Positions 30,063 to 39,598 of a DNA stretch of 59,545 bases are shown piece after piece. The notes under the pieces were generated by a model. That model saw only the letters and a list, made by a program, of their open reading frames with translations, was not told the origin of the DNA and did no database searches. Within the stretch, counting starts at the first letter, position 1; every line of letters begins with the position of its first letter. This DNA is from Candidatus Omnitrophota bacterium. Lineage in GTDB: Bacteria > Omnitrophota > Gorgyraeia > Duberdicusellales > 4484-171. The DNA lies in the NCBI GenBank assembly GCA_024231025.1, contig JAAEQW010000309.1, positions 1 to 59,545 on the forward strand, written 5' to 3'. Made by a program: the position numbers and the translations under genes.

Positions 30063-30602
30063 ATGAAGAATATAGGGCAAAAAATTCGTCTTCTGAGGCA
30101 GAAAAAAAATCTGGCATTAAAGGATTTAGCTGAAAAAACTGGTCTTTCTTCGAGCTTTTTATCGCAATTGGAGAAAGGATTAACCCTTCCCTCGGTTGAC
30201 TCATTAAGAAAAATCGCACATGCGTTATGTACAACTGTAGGGAATTTCTTTGATGAGACTGAATCTAAAGAGTTTGTTTTTATAAAACATCAGCAAAAAA
30301 ATCCTCCCGATCCAATATCTAATTATGAGATACTGGCTTCAAGCGTTTTGGACATAGGTATGTTGCCGATGATGCTTAGGCTCAAGCCAAAAGAAGTTTT
30401 AACCGCTGATAAATGTCCTCAAGGTGAAGAAATGTTGGCAGTAATAGTGAAAGGCGAAATAGTAGTAAGAGTTAACGAAAAAGAATTTAAACAGACTGCC
30501 GGTGATAGTCTTTATCTTGTGCGACCCCGTTTTCAAAGCATTGAAAACGGCGGTCAAAAGGATGCCGCGGTGCTATGGACTATTTTAAGACAAAACGGAT
30601 AA
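30063..30602 (+). CDS. XRE-family HTH + cupin transcriptional regulator (PuuR-like architecture)
   Basis: IGQKIR.LR..LAEKTGLS.SFLSQLEKG...PS; C-terminal cupin GEE....KG, GDS. Confidence 0.88.
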   Translation: MKNIGQKIRLLRQKKNLALKDLAEKTGLSSSFLSQLEKGLTLPSVDSLRKIAHALCTTVGNFFDETESKEFVFIKHQQKNPPDPISNYEILASSVLDIGMLPMMLRLKPKEVLTADKCPQGEEMLAVIVKGEIVVRVNEKEFKQTAGDSLYLVRPRFQSIENGGQKDAAVLWTILRQNG

Positions 30603-30605
30603 ATC

Positions 30606-31055
30606 ATGCCTGCAAAAAAAAATTACAGCAATAAATCAAAATCTGCATCATTCGATAATGACTGGGGCAAAAAGGAACATTCATCAGACACCGAACGAAG
30701 GTTGCACCCACGAATAAAAGACAGAATTTTTGTTTTCGGTTGGACCGCAAACGAACCGATAACTTTAGTGGAGGGTATAACAAATAACTTATCTGTTGGG
30801 GGAGTATCATTCGATACCAATGTCGAAATTAAAAAAAATAATGTGTTGTGGCTTGAGATATATTTGCCTAGCGACTACCGAAAGCAGATTCTAGAATCGC
30901 TTTACCTAAAAGCTCGTGTGATATGGAGAAAAGCTCTAAAAAACGAAAAAGGGTCAAATAAATATCGCATTGGTTTACGATTTGAAAATGTTGCCAAAAA
31001 AGAACTCAAGATGCTTACGCGTTATGTTGAGGACGGGTTTACCAGCCGAAAATAA
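30606..31055 (+). CDS. PilZ-domain (c-di-GMP-binding) protein
   Basis: ERRLHPR (RxxxR) and NLSVGG (D/NxSxxG); ARVIW; IGLRF. Confidence 0.85.
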   Translation: MPAKKNYSNKSKSASFDNDWGKKEHSSDTERRLHPRIKDRIFVFGWTANEPITLVEGITNNLSVGGVSFDTNVEIKKNNVLWLEIYLPSDYRKQILESLYLKARVIWRKALKNEKGSNKYRIGLRFENVAKKELKMLTRYVEDGFTSRK

Positions 31056-31062
31056 TTGTTTA

Positions 31063-31566
31063 ATGGAAGACCTTAAAAAATTTGAAATCTTAATTGTTGA
31101 AGACGAAAAGGAGCTTTGTGCCGCGTTAAAGCAAGTTCTTTCAAAAAATCATCGTTGCTGTGTTGATACAGCCTTCTCGGTAGATCAGGCATTTGCCGCT
31201 ATCGATCAAAAGGAATATGCCTTAATATTATGCGACTACAAGCTTGGTGAAGAACGAGACGGACTGGATATATTGTTTCATGCTAAAGCAAAAAACCCTC
31301 ATATCATCACCATCCTAATGACTGGCTATGGAACCGCGACTTTAGCAACAAGAGCGGTTGCTGAAGGCGTTTACGACTATATAACCAAACCATTTAAAAG
31401 CATTATGGATGTTCGAAATGTTGTAGATAGGGGATTGAACTACTACTCCCTTTTAATTCGTTACAATAAAAAAGTTAAAGATGCCACTATTCAAAAAGAA
31501 CTGCTGAAAGAAACTCTACTAAAAGTGAAACGAACCGAAGAAATCCTAGATAGTCTTACTGAATAA
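31063..31566 (+). CDS. Response regulator receiver protein with short C-terminal helix
   Basis: ILIVEDE, LCD (phosphoacceptor), MTG, YITKPF; ATG at 31063. Confidence 0.88.
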   Translation: MEDLKKFEILIVEDEKELCAALKQVLSKNHRCCVDTAFSVDQAFAAIDQKEYALILCDYKLGEERDGLDILFHAKAKNPHIITILMTGYGTATLATRAVAEGVYDYITKPFKSIMDVRNVVDRGLNYYSLLIRYNKKVKDATIQKELLKETLLKVKRTEEILDSLTE

Positions 31567-31615
31567 GGGGTAGCCATTTTAATTACACTAAAATCGACAA
31601 CGAACCTATTTATTC

Positions 31616-31643
31616 TTGCGGTGATAAGGAATTAAGGTATAAT
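31616..31643 (+). promoter_or_regulatory. Promoter for tRNA-Thr and possibly the downstream MFS/rnf genes
   Basis: TTGCGG-16 nt-TATAAT. Confidence 0.55.
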
Positions 31644-31675
31644 AATTGAATTGTTAAATCTACCGGCGTAATTTT

Positions 31676-31748
31676 GCCGGCGTAGCTCAGTTGGCAGAGC
31701 AGGTCATTCGTAATGATCAGGTCGAAGGTTCGACTCCTTTCGCCGGCT
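31676..31748 (+). tRNA. tRNA-Thr(CGT), CCA not encoded
   Basis: Acceptor GCCGGCG/CGCCGGC; D-arm GCTC..GAGC; anticodon stem GGTCA/TGATC with loop TTCGTAA; T-loop TTCGACT. Confidence 0.95.
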
Positions 31749-31763
31749 TTAAAAAATATATCT

Positions 31764-33044
31764 ATGTTAGTTGCCTACTTTAAAATTTTACGAAAAAGAA
31801 ATTTCTTTTGCCTTTGGTTCGGGCAGATAGTATCGCAATTTGGCGATCGCCTTACCCAAATGGCGCTAATCGGTCTTGTTTACAAACTCCAACATGGTGT
31901 TTCTCCGCTAGGGCTATTTAAAATGATGAGTTTAGCTATAATTCCGGTTTTTTTATTCTCTCCTGTAGCCGGAGTGTATATCGACCGTTGGGACAAGCGA
32001 CGCACGATGTACGTAAGCGATCTCATTAGGGCCCTGTTTATCTTTCTAATCCCTTTACTCTGTTTTCGTTTTAAATCTTTAGGTCTAGCGTATGTTTTCA
32101 TTTTTCTGTCGTTCTCAATGGGCAGATTCTTTATACCAGCTAAAATGGCAATGATCCCATCAATTGTGCCGAAAAAAGATCTCTTAGCGGCAAATTCTCT
32201 AGTATCCGTTACCGCCATGATTGCCGCTGTGCTTGGTTTGGGTTTTGGTGGTATGATAGTCGAAAAATGGGGAGTTAAAACAACTTTTTACCTGGATTCT
32301 TTAACTTTTATTGTTTCGGGAGTGTTTATTTACCTGATATCGATGAAGGAAAATACCCATTTTCACGCTAAAGATCTATTGGATATGAGTAAAGACGCCT
32401 TGGAAACAGTTAAAAATTCAGTTATATTTGAGCTAAAAGAAGGCATTCAGTATATTGCTAAGTCTCCGGAAACGAAATATGCCATAAAGGTAAAAATCAC
32501 ACTGTTCGCGATTATTGGAGCACTATATACAGTTTTTATTGCTTTTATACAGGAAGCTCTATCCACAATTACTCTAGAACTGGGCTGGCTTGCGGTAGGT
32601 GCTGGTGGAGGGCTTTTTGTTGGAACAATACTCTATGGCCGGTTCGGTAAGAAATTATCGGTAAACAAAACAATAAGCCTTTCGCTATTGCTAAGCAGTG
32701 CCCACTTGATCTTTTTTACCTCAGTATTGCGTTGGCATCCTTGGAAAATGTTTGCTTTTATATCTTGTGTAATTTTAGGTATTCTTTGTTCTCCAATTGA
32801 AATTGCAATAACCACTTTTATCCATAAAAAAACTAAGAATGAATTTTTAGGACGCATATTCAGTTCAATAGAGGTAGTACTTCATTTAACACTTCTTATA
32901 TCAATGGGAATTTCATCTTTGCTGGCAGAACTAATGACACCCTTTACAATTATCTTAACTGTGGGCATAGTAATGTTTCTTTTTTCGCTAAAAAATTTAT
33001 TAACCGATAACGGAAATTTACATGATACACGTAGAAGAACATAA
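31764..33044 (+). CDS. MFS transporter (DHA3/macrolide efflux-like)
   Basis: LWFGQ.VSQFGD, AGV..DRWDKRR.M..SD, ~12 TM; the 31713 start overlaps the tRNA, so 31764 is used. Confidence 0.88.
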   Translation: MLVAYFKILRKRNFFCLWFGQIVSQFGDRLTQMALIGLVYKLQHGVSPLGLFKMMSLAIIPVFLFSPVAGVYIDRWDKRRTMYVSDLIRALFIFLIPLLCFRFKSLGLAYVFIFLSFSMGRFFIPAKMAMIPSIVPKKDLLAANSLVSVTAMIAAVLGLGFGGMIVEKWGVKTTFYLDSLTFIVSGVFIYLISMKENTHFHAKDLLDMSKDALETVKNSVIFELKEGIQYIAKSPETKYAIKVKITLFAIIGALYTVFIAFIQEALSTITLELGWLAVGAGGGLFVGTILYGRFGKKLSVNKTISLSLLLSSAHLIFFTSVLRWHPWKMFAFISCVILGILCSPIEIAITTFIHKKTKNEFLGRIFSSIEVVLHLTLLISMGISSLLAELMTPFTIILTVGIVMFLFSLKNLLTDNGNLHDTRRRT

Positions 33045-34302
33045 AGATCCACAGCAGAATCTAAAGAGCGAATCGTTTTTATTGCCAAAAAAATTATATT
33101 TGCCAATATCACAACATGTTGGCGCTCCATCTAAACTGTTAGTAAAGAAGGGCGACGAAGTTAATGAAGGCGATATGATTGCCGATGTAAATGGCTTTGT
33201 TTCGGCTGCTTTGCATGCACCTGCCAGTGGAAAAATCACAGAAATTAAAACCATATCTCACCCCAGTCTGAAACAATCTCAAGGAATAGTACTCAACTGT
33301 CAGCATCAGCAAAAGCAAGATTCACCAAGAAAAAATATTGAAGAGCTGACCTCTGAGCAATTGATAGAAATAGTTAAAAATAGCGGTATTGTTGGCATGG
33401 GAGGGGCAGCTTTTCCAACTCATGTTAAACTAAAACCACCAAAAGAGATTAGTACACTAATTATAAATGGTTGTGAATGTGAGCCGTATCTTGCCTGTGA
33501 TTGTCGTTTAATGATTGAAAAAATAAAAGAAATCTTCGCTGGAATTGACATTATCCGTAAGCTCATAAATCCAAAAGAAATAATTTTTGCGGTTGAAAAC
33601 AACAAACCCGAAGCAATCAAAAAAATCAATCTCGCAATCAGCACAAAAAAAATTGGGTTGTCCAATGTTCGTCTGGCAATCGTAGAAAGTGCTTACCCAC
33701 AAGGGGGAGAAAAGCAATTGATTAAAGCCGTAACCGCCAAGGAGGTTCCTCCAGCAGGACTGCCCTTTGATGTTGGATGTCTTGTTTTTAATGTTGCGAC
33801 TTGTTTTGCGATATATGAAGCAGTTCATTTTAGCAAACCACTTATTGAACGTTTGGTTAGCTTTGCTGGTGATGCATTGGTCAAACCAAAAAACGTATGG
33901 ATAAAAATCGGCACAACTCTAAAAGAACTATTCGACAGCAAAGTACTTGAATTTAAGGTTTCGCCAAAAGTAATTGTATCCGGTGGGCCGATGATGGGTG
34001 TTGCTTTAACTGGTTTAAATTTTCCTATATTGAAGGGGACTGGAGGCTTTTTATTTTTGGCTAATACTTCAAAAGTTGACGAATCCGTTTGCTTAAAATG
34101 TGCTCGTTGCGTTGATGTCTGCTCAATGAATTTACTCCCATTAGAATATTCCAAGCTAGTTAAAAATAATGAGTTTGATAGTTTAGATGATTTCAATATT
34201 AATGACTGCATTGAATGTGGCTGTTGCGCGTATAGTTGCCCAGCCAAAATACCGATTGTTCACTATATAAAGGTAGGTAAAGCTTGCAAACCGAAAAAAT
34301 AA
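33022..34302 (+). CDS. rnfC: Rnf complex subunit C
   Basis: QHVGAP, GIVGMGGAAFPTHVK, NGCECEPYL, YPQGGEK, two CxxCxxCxxxC motifs. Confidence 0.95.
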   Translation: MIHVEEHKDPQQNLKSESFLLPKKLYLPISQHVGAPSKLLVKKGDEVNEGDMIADVNGFVSAALHAPASGKITEIKTISHPSLKQSQGIVLNCQHQQKQDSPRKNIEELTSEQLIEIVKNSGIVGMGGAAFPTHVKLKPPKEISTLIINGCECEPYLACDCRLMIEKIKEIFAGIDIIRKLINPKEIIFAVENNKPEAIKKINLAISTKKIGLSNVRLAIVESAYPQGGEKQLIKAVTAKEVPPAGLPFDVGCLVFNVATCFAIYEAVHFSKPLIERLVSFAGDALVKPKNVWIKIGTTLKELFDSKVLEFKVSPKVIVSGGPMMGVALTGLNFPILKGTGGFLFLANTSKVDESVCLKCARCVDVCSMNLLPLEYSKLVKNNEFDSLDDFNINDCIECGCCAYSCPAKIPIVHYIKVGKACKPKK

Positions 34303-35225
34303 CACTAAACGTAAGTGCATCTCCGCATTTGGAATCAGCGGCAACTACACCGTTTATAATGCGCCAAGTTATTATTGCTTTAATTCCGGCAACTATTGCT
34401 GGGTTGATATTGTTTAGAATTCGCGCTGCATTACTTATTGTAATTTGCGTTTTTGTTTCGATCGCAACTGAAGAAGTTATATCTAGAATACGGAAAAAAC
34501 CGTCAACGATAACTGATTATAGCGCCGCGCTTACGGGTTTATTGCTGGCTTTAATATTGCCCCCGACTACAAGTTGGTATGGTGCGATTCTTGGTTCGAT
34601 ATTTGCTATTTTAGTCGGAAAGCATTTATTTGGCGGTCTTGGAATGAACATATTTAATCCAGCATTAATTGGGCGAGCTTTTTTAATGGCATCTTACCCT
34701 AAGATGCTAACAACTTATATAAAGCCATTTGCGGCTGATTCAATAAGCTGTGCTACTCCGTTAGCGCTTAATAAGTTTAGTCAAATTGGAACTCCGCTTA
34801 CTGATCTGTTTTTCGGTGGAGTTAGCGGTTCAATCGGAGAAACTTCAGCGATTTGTTTGATTGTTGGAGGAATCTATATATTAATTCGTAAGATTGCCGA
34901 TTGGCGCATTCCAGTAAGCATGCTTGTGACAACAATTGTTTTTTCCACCATCTTATATTTAACAAACAATGCCTATGGTTCGCCGTTGTTTCATATTTTA
35001 AGCGGAGGACTTTTGCTTGGTGTTTTTTTTATGGCAACCGATCCGGTTACAACTCCGGTAACTAAAAAAGGACGCTATGTTTTTGGAATTACGGCAGCAA
35101 TAATGATTATGGTGATTCGTGTTTTTGGTGGTCTTTCTGAGGGGGTTATGTACTCAATTCTTTTTATGAACGCACTAACACCATTAATTAATCGCTACAC
35201 AAAACCAAAAAGGTTTGGAGCATAA
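34284..35225 (+). CDS. rnfD: Rnf complex subunit D
   Basis: SPH, FGGLG.NIFNPA, S.ATPL (FMN-Thr), GETS, MATDPVT. Confidence 0.95.
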   Translation: MQTEKITLNVSASPHLESAATTPFIMRQVIIALIPATIAGLILFRIRAALLIVICVFVSIATEEVISRIRKKPSTITDYSAALTGLLLALILPPTTSWYGAILGSIFAILVGKHLFGGLGMNIFNPALIGRAFLMASYPKMLTTYIKPFAADSISCATPLALNKFSQIGTPLTDLFFGGVSGSIGETSAICLIVGGIYILIRKIADWRIPVSMLVTTIVFSTILYLTNNAYGSPLFHILSGGLLLGVFFMATDPVTTPVTKKGRYVFGITAAIMIMVIRVFGGLSEGVMYSILFMNALTPLINRYTKPKRFGA

Positions 35226-35243
35226 TTTTGGAGGCTTAACGAA

Positions 35244-35789
35244 GTGAAAGAAGTTATAAAAATTATCAGTGTATTAACTATTGTGTGTCTTGTGTGCGGA
35301 TTTCTGCTGTCTTTTGTTTACAGCGGAGCGAGTGAAAAAATTGAGTCAAACACAAAGAAAGCAATAAGCGATGCGATTGCTAATTTAGCTCCTTTTGCAG
35401 AAAATATCGAGGAAATTAAATTAGGTGAAAAAATCGCATATAAGCTTTTCGATAAAACGGGTAATCTTACTGGATATGCTTTCATTGCTGAAGGGCAAGG
35501 GTATCAAGGCAAAATTAAAATGCTTGCAGTGATTGACATTAATTTGGAGATTTTAGAAGGAATTGAAATTATTGAATCAATTGAAACACCTGGCCTGGGA
35601 GCAAGAATTCAAGAGGAATTTTTTCGCAAACAATTTCAAAGTTTATCGGTGTTACCACAAATAACATACACAAAGGATATACCAGAAAACAGCAATCAAA
35701 TAAAAGCAATAACCGGAGCTACAGTTTCGTCAAAGGCGGTAGTTAATATTTTAAACAAGAGAATTAAAGAACTGAGTACGCACTTTTGA
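35244..35789 (+). CDS. rnfG: Rnf complex subunit G
   Basis: GYQG.I, ETPGLG, ITGATVSS. Confidence 0.93.
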   Translation: MKEVIKIISVLTIVCLVCGFLLSFVYSGASEKIESNTKKAISDAIANLAPFAENIEEIKLGEKIAYKLFDKTGNLTGYAFIAEGQGYQGKIKMLAVIDINLEILEGIEIIESIETPGLGARIQEEFFRKQFQSLSVLPQITYTKDIPENSNQIKAITGATVSSKAVVNILNKRIKELSTHF

Positions 35790-35817
35790 AACTAACGATC
35801 GGACACAGAAGGTTGAA

Positions 35818-36396
35818 ATGAAAGATTTTTTAAAAGGACTATGGGGGCAGCATCCAGTATTTCGCCAATTGCTTGGCATGTGTCCAACTTTGGCAGTTAC
35901 TACGTCGGCGCTTAACGGAATATCGATGGGGCTGGCAGTAATTTTTGTTTTGTTCTTTTCAAGTCTGGTTGTGTCACTAATCAAAAAAATAGTACCAAAC
36001 CAAGTTCGCATTGCTGTTTATACGGTAATCATAGCAACTTTTGTAACGATTGTTGATATTTTCTTTAAGGCGAACTTTCCTCAAATAAGCCGCGCTTTGG
36101 GGCCATATATACCACTAATTGTTGTAAATTGTATTATTCTTGGCCGATGTGAAGCTTTTGCTTCTCGCTGTAGCGTTGCTAAGTCGCTTCTCGATGCTCT
36201 TGGTATGGGGCTTGGCTTTACTTGGGGGGTATTTTTACTTGGTTCTATAAGGGAAGTTTTAGGGATGGGCACTATTTTAGGTTTTCAAATTATGCCGCAA
36301 GGCTATAATCATCTGATTATTATGATCCTGCCGGCAGGAGCCTTTATTGTTTTAGGGCTTTTAATAGCACTAATGAATAGAATCGAGGAGAGATGA
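35818..36396 (+). CDS. rnfE: Rnf complex subunit E
   Basis: LGMCPTLAVT, IPLIVVNCIILGR.E, PAGAF. Confidence 0.95.
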   Translation: MKDFLKGLWGQHPVFRQLLGMCPTLAVTTSALNGISMGLAVIFVLFFSSLVVSLIKKIVPNQVRIAVYTVIIATFVTIVDIFFKANFPQISRALGPYIPLIVVNCIILGRCEAFASRCSVAKSLLDALGMGLGFTWGVFLLGSIREVLGMGTILGFQIMPQGYNHLIIMILPAGAFIVLGLLIALMNRIEER

Positions 36397-36974
36397 AAGA
36401 TTTAATATTAATTTTTGTATCAACTGTTTTAATTAACAATTTGGTTCTTTCTTATTTTTTAGGGATTTGTCCGTTTCTTGGTGTATCTGGTAAAATTGAA
36501 TCTGCAATCGGAATGGGGGCGGCAGTTACTTTTGTTATGACTTTGGCGACAACCATTGGTTGGCTTATTTACCATTTAGCGCTAGTTAAGTTTAATCTAA
36601 TTTTTCTTGAATATGTAATCTTTATTTTAGTAATTGCGTCTCTTGTGCAGATAGTTGAGATGTTTATACGAAAGTTTTCTCAACCGCTTTATGATGCACT
36701 GGGTATATATTTACCGCTAATTACCACAAACTGTGCAATATTAGGTGCCGCATTATTTATGGTAACTAAGAATTACTCTTTTCTTGAGTCGGCAGTATTT
36801 GGTTTTTCCGGTGGATTAGGATTTTCAATTGTTTTAATAATCATGGCCGGAATAAGAGAAGACTTAAGCTACGCCGATATTCCTAAGCACTTTAAGGGTG
36901 CTCCGATTACATTAATCGTCGCAGGATTGCTTGCGTTAATATTTATGGGATTTTCAGGTTTAATTAGTGCTTAA
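36393..36974 (+). CDS. rnfA: Rnf complex subunit A
   Basis: FLGICPFLGVS, LGIYLPLITTNCAILG, F.GF. Confidence 0.95.
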   Translation: MKDLILIFVSTVLINNLVLSYFLGICPFLGVSGKIESAIGMGAAVTFVMTLATTIGWLIYHLALVKFNLIFLEYVIFILVIASLVQIVEMFIRKFSQPLYDALGIYLPLITTNCAILGAALFMVTKNYSFLESAVFGFSGGLGFSIVLIIMAGIREDLSYADIPKHFKGAPITLIVAGLLALIFMGFSGLISA

Positions 36975-37779
36975 AATGAATATGATTTTAATTGCAATGA
37001 TAGTATTAGGATTAACCGGCTTTGCTTTTGCACTTTTGCTTGCAATTTTAAGCAAGAAGTTGCATGTTGAGCAGGATTCTCGCATTGAGCAAGTTAACAA
37101 AATTTTGCCCGGACTTAATTGCGGTGCTTGCGGCTTTAGCGGTTGCCTGGCTTTTGCCCAAGCCGTTATTAAGGAAAGAAAAATATTTAATGGTTGCCTG
37201 CCTGCAGGGGAAGAGCTTAATAAGGAAATTGTCGCGATTATTGGTGCGGGTGAAACACGAAGTGGTAAGAAGAAAATTACTGCCATTTGTGTTTGTGGTG
37301 CTGATTGCAAAGAAAAGCTAAAAACTTCTATTTATTTGGGGCCGCAAACCTGCCAAGCCGCTCACATTACCGCCGGGTCTATCAGTTGTAATTATGGTTG
37401 TCTTGGGTTTGGTGATTGTATAAAAGTTTGCCCAACAGAGGCAATCCGCCTTGAAAAAGAAAAAATATATATTGAACACGAAAAATGTATTGGATGCGCA
37501 AAATGCATAAAGGCGTGCCCAAGAAAAGTACTAAAGATAACCGCACTTACCGATCTCGGAACATACTACATTGCCTGTAGCAATATAACAACTGCCCTAG
37601 AAACTAAAGCAGTATGCACTCGAGGTTGCATAGGATGCACTCTTTGCACAAGAGTGCAAAATTCACCATACATAATGAATGGAAACCTTGCCTGCGTAAA
37701 CGCATCAAAAGTAAGCGATGAGGTGCCCTTAGAGGCAGCAAAACAGAAATGCCCTACTCAATGTATCGCTAATGTTTAA
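36967..37779 (+). CDS. rnfB: Rnf complex subunit B
   Basis: LPG.NCGACG..GC; several ferredoxin CxxCxxC motifs. Confidence 0.92.
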   Translation: MLKMNMILIAMIVLGLTGFAFALLLAILSKKLHVEQDSRIEQVNKILPGLNCGACGFSGCLAFAQAVIKERKIFNGCLPAGEELNKEIVAIIGAGETRSGKKKITAICVCGADCKEKLKTSIYLGPQTCQAAHITAGSISCNYGCLGFGDCIKVCPTEAIRLEKEKIYIEHEKCIGCAKCIKACPRKVLKITALTDLGTYYIACSNITTALETKAVCTRGCIGCTLCTRVQNSPYIMNGNLACVNASKVSDEVPLEAAKQKCPTQCIANV

Positions 37780-38167
37780 AGAAACTGTTGAAGTTATAGA
37801 TGTTAATGGCACCGAGATAAGTATAAAATTTCAACGTCACAGTGCCTGTGGCTGTTGTCGCGCTAAGGTTGTTTGCGGTATTGATCAACGACATCCAATA
37901 ATTGTAAAAAATAATTCGTTTGCTCTTTCGGTTGGCGATACGATTGTTGTTGGTATCGAAGAGAGAAAAACACTACAGGCAACAGCAATAAGTTTTATTT
38001 TCCCGGCGATTATCTTTATGGTAACACTGCTATTTTTTAAAAACGTTGGTGAATTAATTAGTTTTTTACTTGCTATCTCTATACTTTTTGTTTATTATTT
38101 AATTGTAAAGGTATTAATTAAAAAAAAGGCCGAGCATTTTAGCCTAAAAATCATAAAAAAAATATGA
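37772..38167 (+). CDS. rseC: RseC/MucC family membrane protein
   Basis: SACGCC....C, VGD.I, two C-terminal TM; follows rnfB. Confidence 0.75.
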   Translation: MFKETVEVIDVNGTEISIKFQRHSACGCCRAKVVCGIDQRHPIIVKNNSFALSVGDTIVVGIEERKTLQATAISFIFPAIIFMVTLLFFKNVGELISFLLAISILFVYYLIVKVLIKKKAEHFSLKIIKKI

Positions 38168-38766
38168 AGAATATAGCAATACTTGCCTCAGGAAGCGGAA
38201 CAAATTTTCAAGCAATTGTGAAAGCACGCAAAAAGGGTATTTTTAAGGCTAATATTAAGTTGTTAGTTACTGATACAAAAAATGCATTTGCGCGCCAACG
38301 CGCACGCCATTTAAATATTTCTGAAATATTTGTTGACCCAAAAAAATCAAAATCTCGTATCGACTTTGATAGAGAGATTGTTAAACTTTTAAAAAAAGAA
38401 AAAATTGATTATGTTATTTTAGCGGGCTACATGCGGCTGCTTAGTCCAATTTTTGTAAATGCTTTTAAAAATAAAATTTTAAACATTCACCCCGCACTTT
38501 TGCCGTCTTTTAAAGGTATTCATTCAATTAAGCGTGCTTTTGAATATGGCTGCAAAGTTACCGGCGTAACCGTGCATCTCATCGATGAAAAAGTTGATAA
38601 CGGCCCCATTGTCCTGCAGGAGTCAGTGCGGATAACAAAAGCTACAACGCTAAAATCCCTTGAAAGCAAGATCCACAAACTCGAACACGAGTTATATCCC
38701 AAAGCTATAAGTTTACTAGTTGAAAATCGCCTAAAAATCAGAAAAAGAAAAGTTACATTTAGATAA
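38164..38766 (+). CDS. purN: Phosphoribosylglycinamide formyltransferase
   Basis: ASGSGTN, LAGYMR, NIHPALLP, GVTVH..D..VD.GPI. Confidence 0.95.
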   Translation: MKNIAILASGSGTNFQAIVKARKKGIFKANIKLLVTDTKNAFARQRARHLNISEIFVDPKKSKSRIDFDREIVKLLKKEKIDYVILAGYMRLLSPIFVNAFKNKILNIHPALLPSFKGIHSIKRAFEYGCKVTGVTVHLIDEKVDNGPIVLQESVRITKATTLKSLESKIHKLEHELYPKAISLLVENRLKIRKRKVTFR

Positions 38767-38773
38767 GCCTACA

Positions 38774-39598
38774 TCAATCTTCCATTAAGGCGTTTAGGGT
38801 GTAAAGTCGGCGTTTTTTGTTGGCGGTGTCATTAATCTCTATTTCAATAACATCTTTAAAGCCATAGATTGTAAGATATTTTTTAACTGTTTTGATTGCT
38901 TCTTCAAAAGGAGAGGGTAGGCCTTCTTTTTCATCGATAACTTTAATGTTAAACATTATCCCTAGTGACTTATTGTAGTAGTAACAACGTAGGTCGAGCA
39001 CTTGAAAATGCTTTTTAAACTCTTCGGCGTTAAACTTATCTTGCAGGTTTTGACGAATTAGGTAACTTATAAATTCACCCATTGTTAACTCATATTTAGG
39101 AATATGCTTTCCTTCAAGATCACCAATTGCGCCAGGGTTAGGTAAATAATTGGAAACTTTGCGTTCCTGGATTTCACCTCGAGAAATAAAACCAAGTTGA
39201 TATTTAACCATATCGGGCGTAAAACCAATATAGAAAAGATCAGCACCAATTTTGATATCGGCAGCAACGAAAAAGTAAAACTTTGGTGGTTTATCCATAC
39301 TCAGAACAACCCTTTGTATGGAAAGAAGTATTTTTTGTATTTTATCTATCGCTTCTTTATCGAGCTGGTTATCGTCATTAAGCATTTTGTTAAAAGACGC
39401 ATATATCCAAAAAGTATCGCCAACGTTCCAGGCGTGAACATCAATATCAAATTCTTGATGGCATATTTTTTTTAGTATATCTTCAATTTCGTTACGGGAA
39501 TAAGTTGATGAAACGGGAGTGGGGGAGCAGGAAATAGTAGAGAGCGCTAATAAGCTACAGAGCTGTATTAGCAGGACGTTCTTTGCCATATTTTTCAA
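38774..39598 (-). CDS. Hypothetical lipoprotein
   Basis: Hydrophobic N-terminus ending in lipobox-like STISC; overlaps the end of the ftsH-like gene. Confidence 0.6.
   Translation of the reverse strand: MKNMAKNVLLIQLCSLLALSTISCSPTPVSSTYSRNEIEDILKKICHQEFDIDVHAWNVGDTFWIYASFNKMLNDDNQLDKEAIDKIQKILLSIQRVVLSMDKPPKFYFFVAADIKIGADLFYIGFTPDMVKYQLGFISRGEIQERKVSNYLPNPGAIGDLEGKHIPKYELTMGEFISYLIRQNLQDKFNAEEFKKHFQVLDLRCYYYNKSLGIMFNIKVIDEKEGLPSPFEEAIKTVKKYLTIYGFKDVIEIEINDTANKKRRLYTLNALMED

Noticed and set aside
30970-31062. Long start of the receiver ORF
   Set aside because: Overlaps the PilZ gene; the receiver fold begins at Met 31063.
31676-31748. tRNA as the integration site of the island
   Set aside because: No integrase, and I saw no duplicated tRNA 3' end.
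31713-31763. N-terminal extension of the MFS ORF
   Set aside because: Overlaps a well-formed tRNA-Thr; ATG at 31764 is more plausible.
33022-38167. rnfCDGEAB-rseC as a novel system
   Set aside because: Standard Rnf order; linkage to RseC is already known.
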